In this document: one piece after another, positions 63,441-64,000 of the stretch
Numbering within the stretch: position 1 is the stretch's first letter
Layout: the number at the start of each line of letters is the position of its first letter
DNA from: Paraspadella gotoi
Taxonomy: Eukaryota > Animalia > Chaetognatha
Length of the DNA: 64,000 bases
NCBI GenBank assembly: GCA_051294375.1
Contig: CM119268.1
Span: 19,120,323-19,184,322, forward strand
Direction: 5' to 3'
Position numbers and translations under genes: made by a program
Notes under the pieces: generated by a model
The model's input: only the letters and a program-made list of their open reading frames with translations
The model's database searches: none
What the model was told of the DNA's origin: nothing

Positions 63441-64000
63441 TGGTTAACCTTTCTTTTATTTTTTTATATTTATTACCTTTTCTTGTTTTGTCTCTTCTAG
63501 CCACTGATGATGACTTAGAAATTAAGTCGAAATATATAGCAATTTTTTTTTTTTGACTTGTTTGATATTTTGTTCTGATAAAACATCCAAAGATAAATAA
63601 AAATGATAACTTTACTCATAGAAAGGTTACCCTGAGCATTATAACTTTTATTGATACTTTACAATAAAAAAAGAATATTCTGGAGCATCTACAGCATTAA
63701 TGTATTTTTAATGCCACTATTTTTTTGACATATGAATTAAGATTCATCCCTGAATCTATCCTAATGGAGATGATGCAATAACATTTGACATGAGACTGCG
63801 AAAAGGCAGGGATTTTTAATAGTAACGGTTTAACGCAAAAAGTTATAAAAAAGAACCCGATATTAGAATAAATGAAAAGTGTAGATATGAAAAAGATAAA
63901 AAAGAAGAAAGTATTTTTTGGACAACTCCTTTTATTTTGCATGGAACTCTTGTATTTTTTGTCCTACATAAATGAGACACAGCTCATATGAATCACAAAA

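Overview
AT-rich, microsatellite-rich eukaryotic DNA, most likely from an invertebrate animal. It is a draft assembly with four N-gaps, gap-associated duplications and indel errors. Intron-containing genes supported by splice phase and motifs: an SRCR protein, the 3' end of a BBOX1/TMLHE-like dioxygenase, an AKAP2/MISP-like protein, a frameshifted CCDC24, a secreted LDLa-MAM protein and a SIRT4-like sirtuin exon. There is also a decayed RNF114-type zinc-finger sequence. Mobile DNA includes non-autonomous hAT elements with 8-bp TSDs, Helentron-associated (HINE-like) elements, small MITEs and a Penelope-type minimal hammerhead ribozyme. The main result is three sequence-divergent families of 230-285 bp elements (five full-length copies and one fragment). 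They share T...CA ends, 4-bp TSDs (perfect in four copies, 3/4 in one), a tRNA-like Pol III A/B-box head and, directly behind it, a type-P5 twister ribozyme fold with covarying helices and P1 reduced to a short palindrome. They look like solo-LTR 'twister retrozymes'. All folds were read by eye, and activity is untested.
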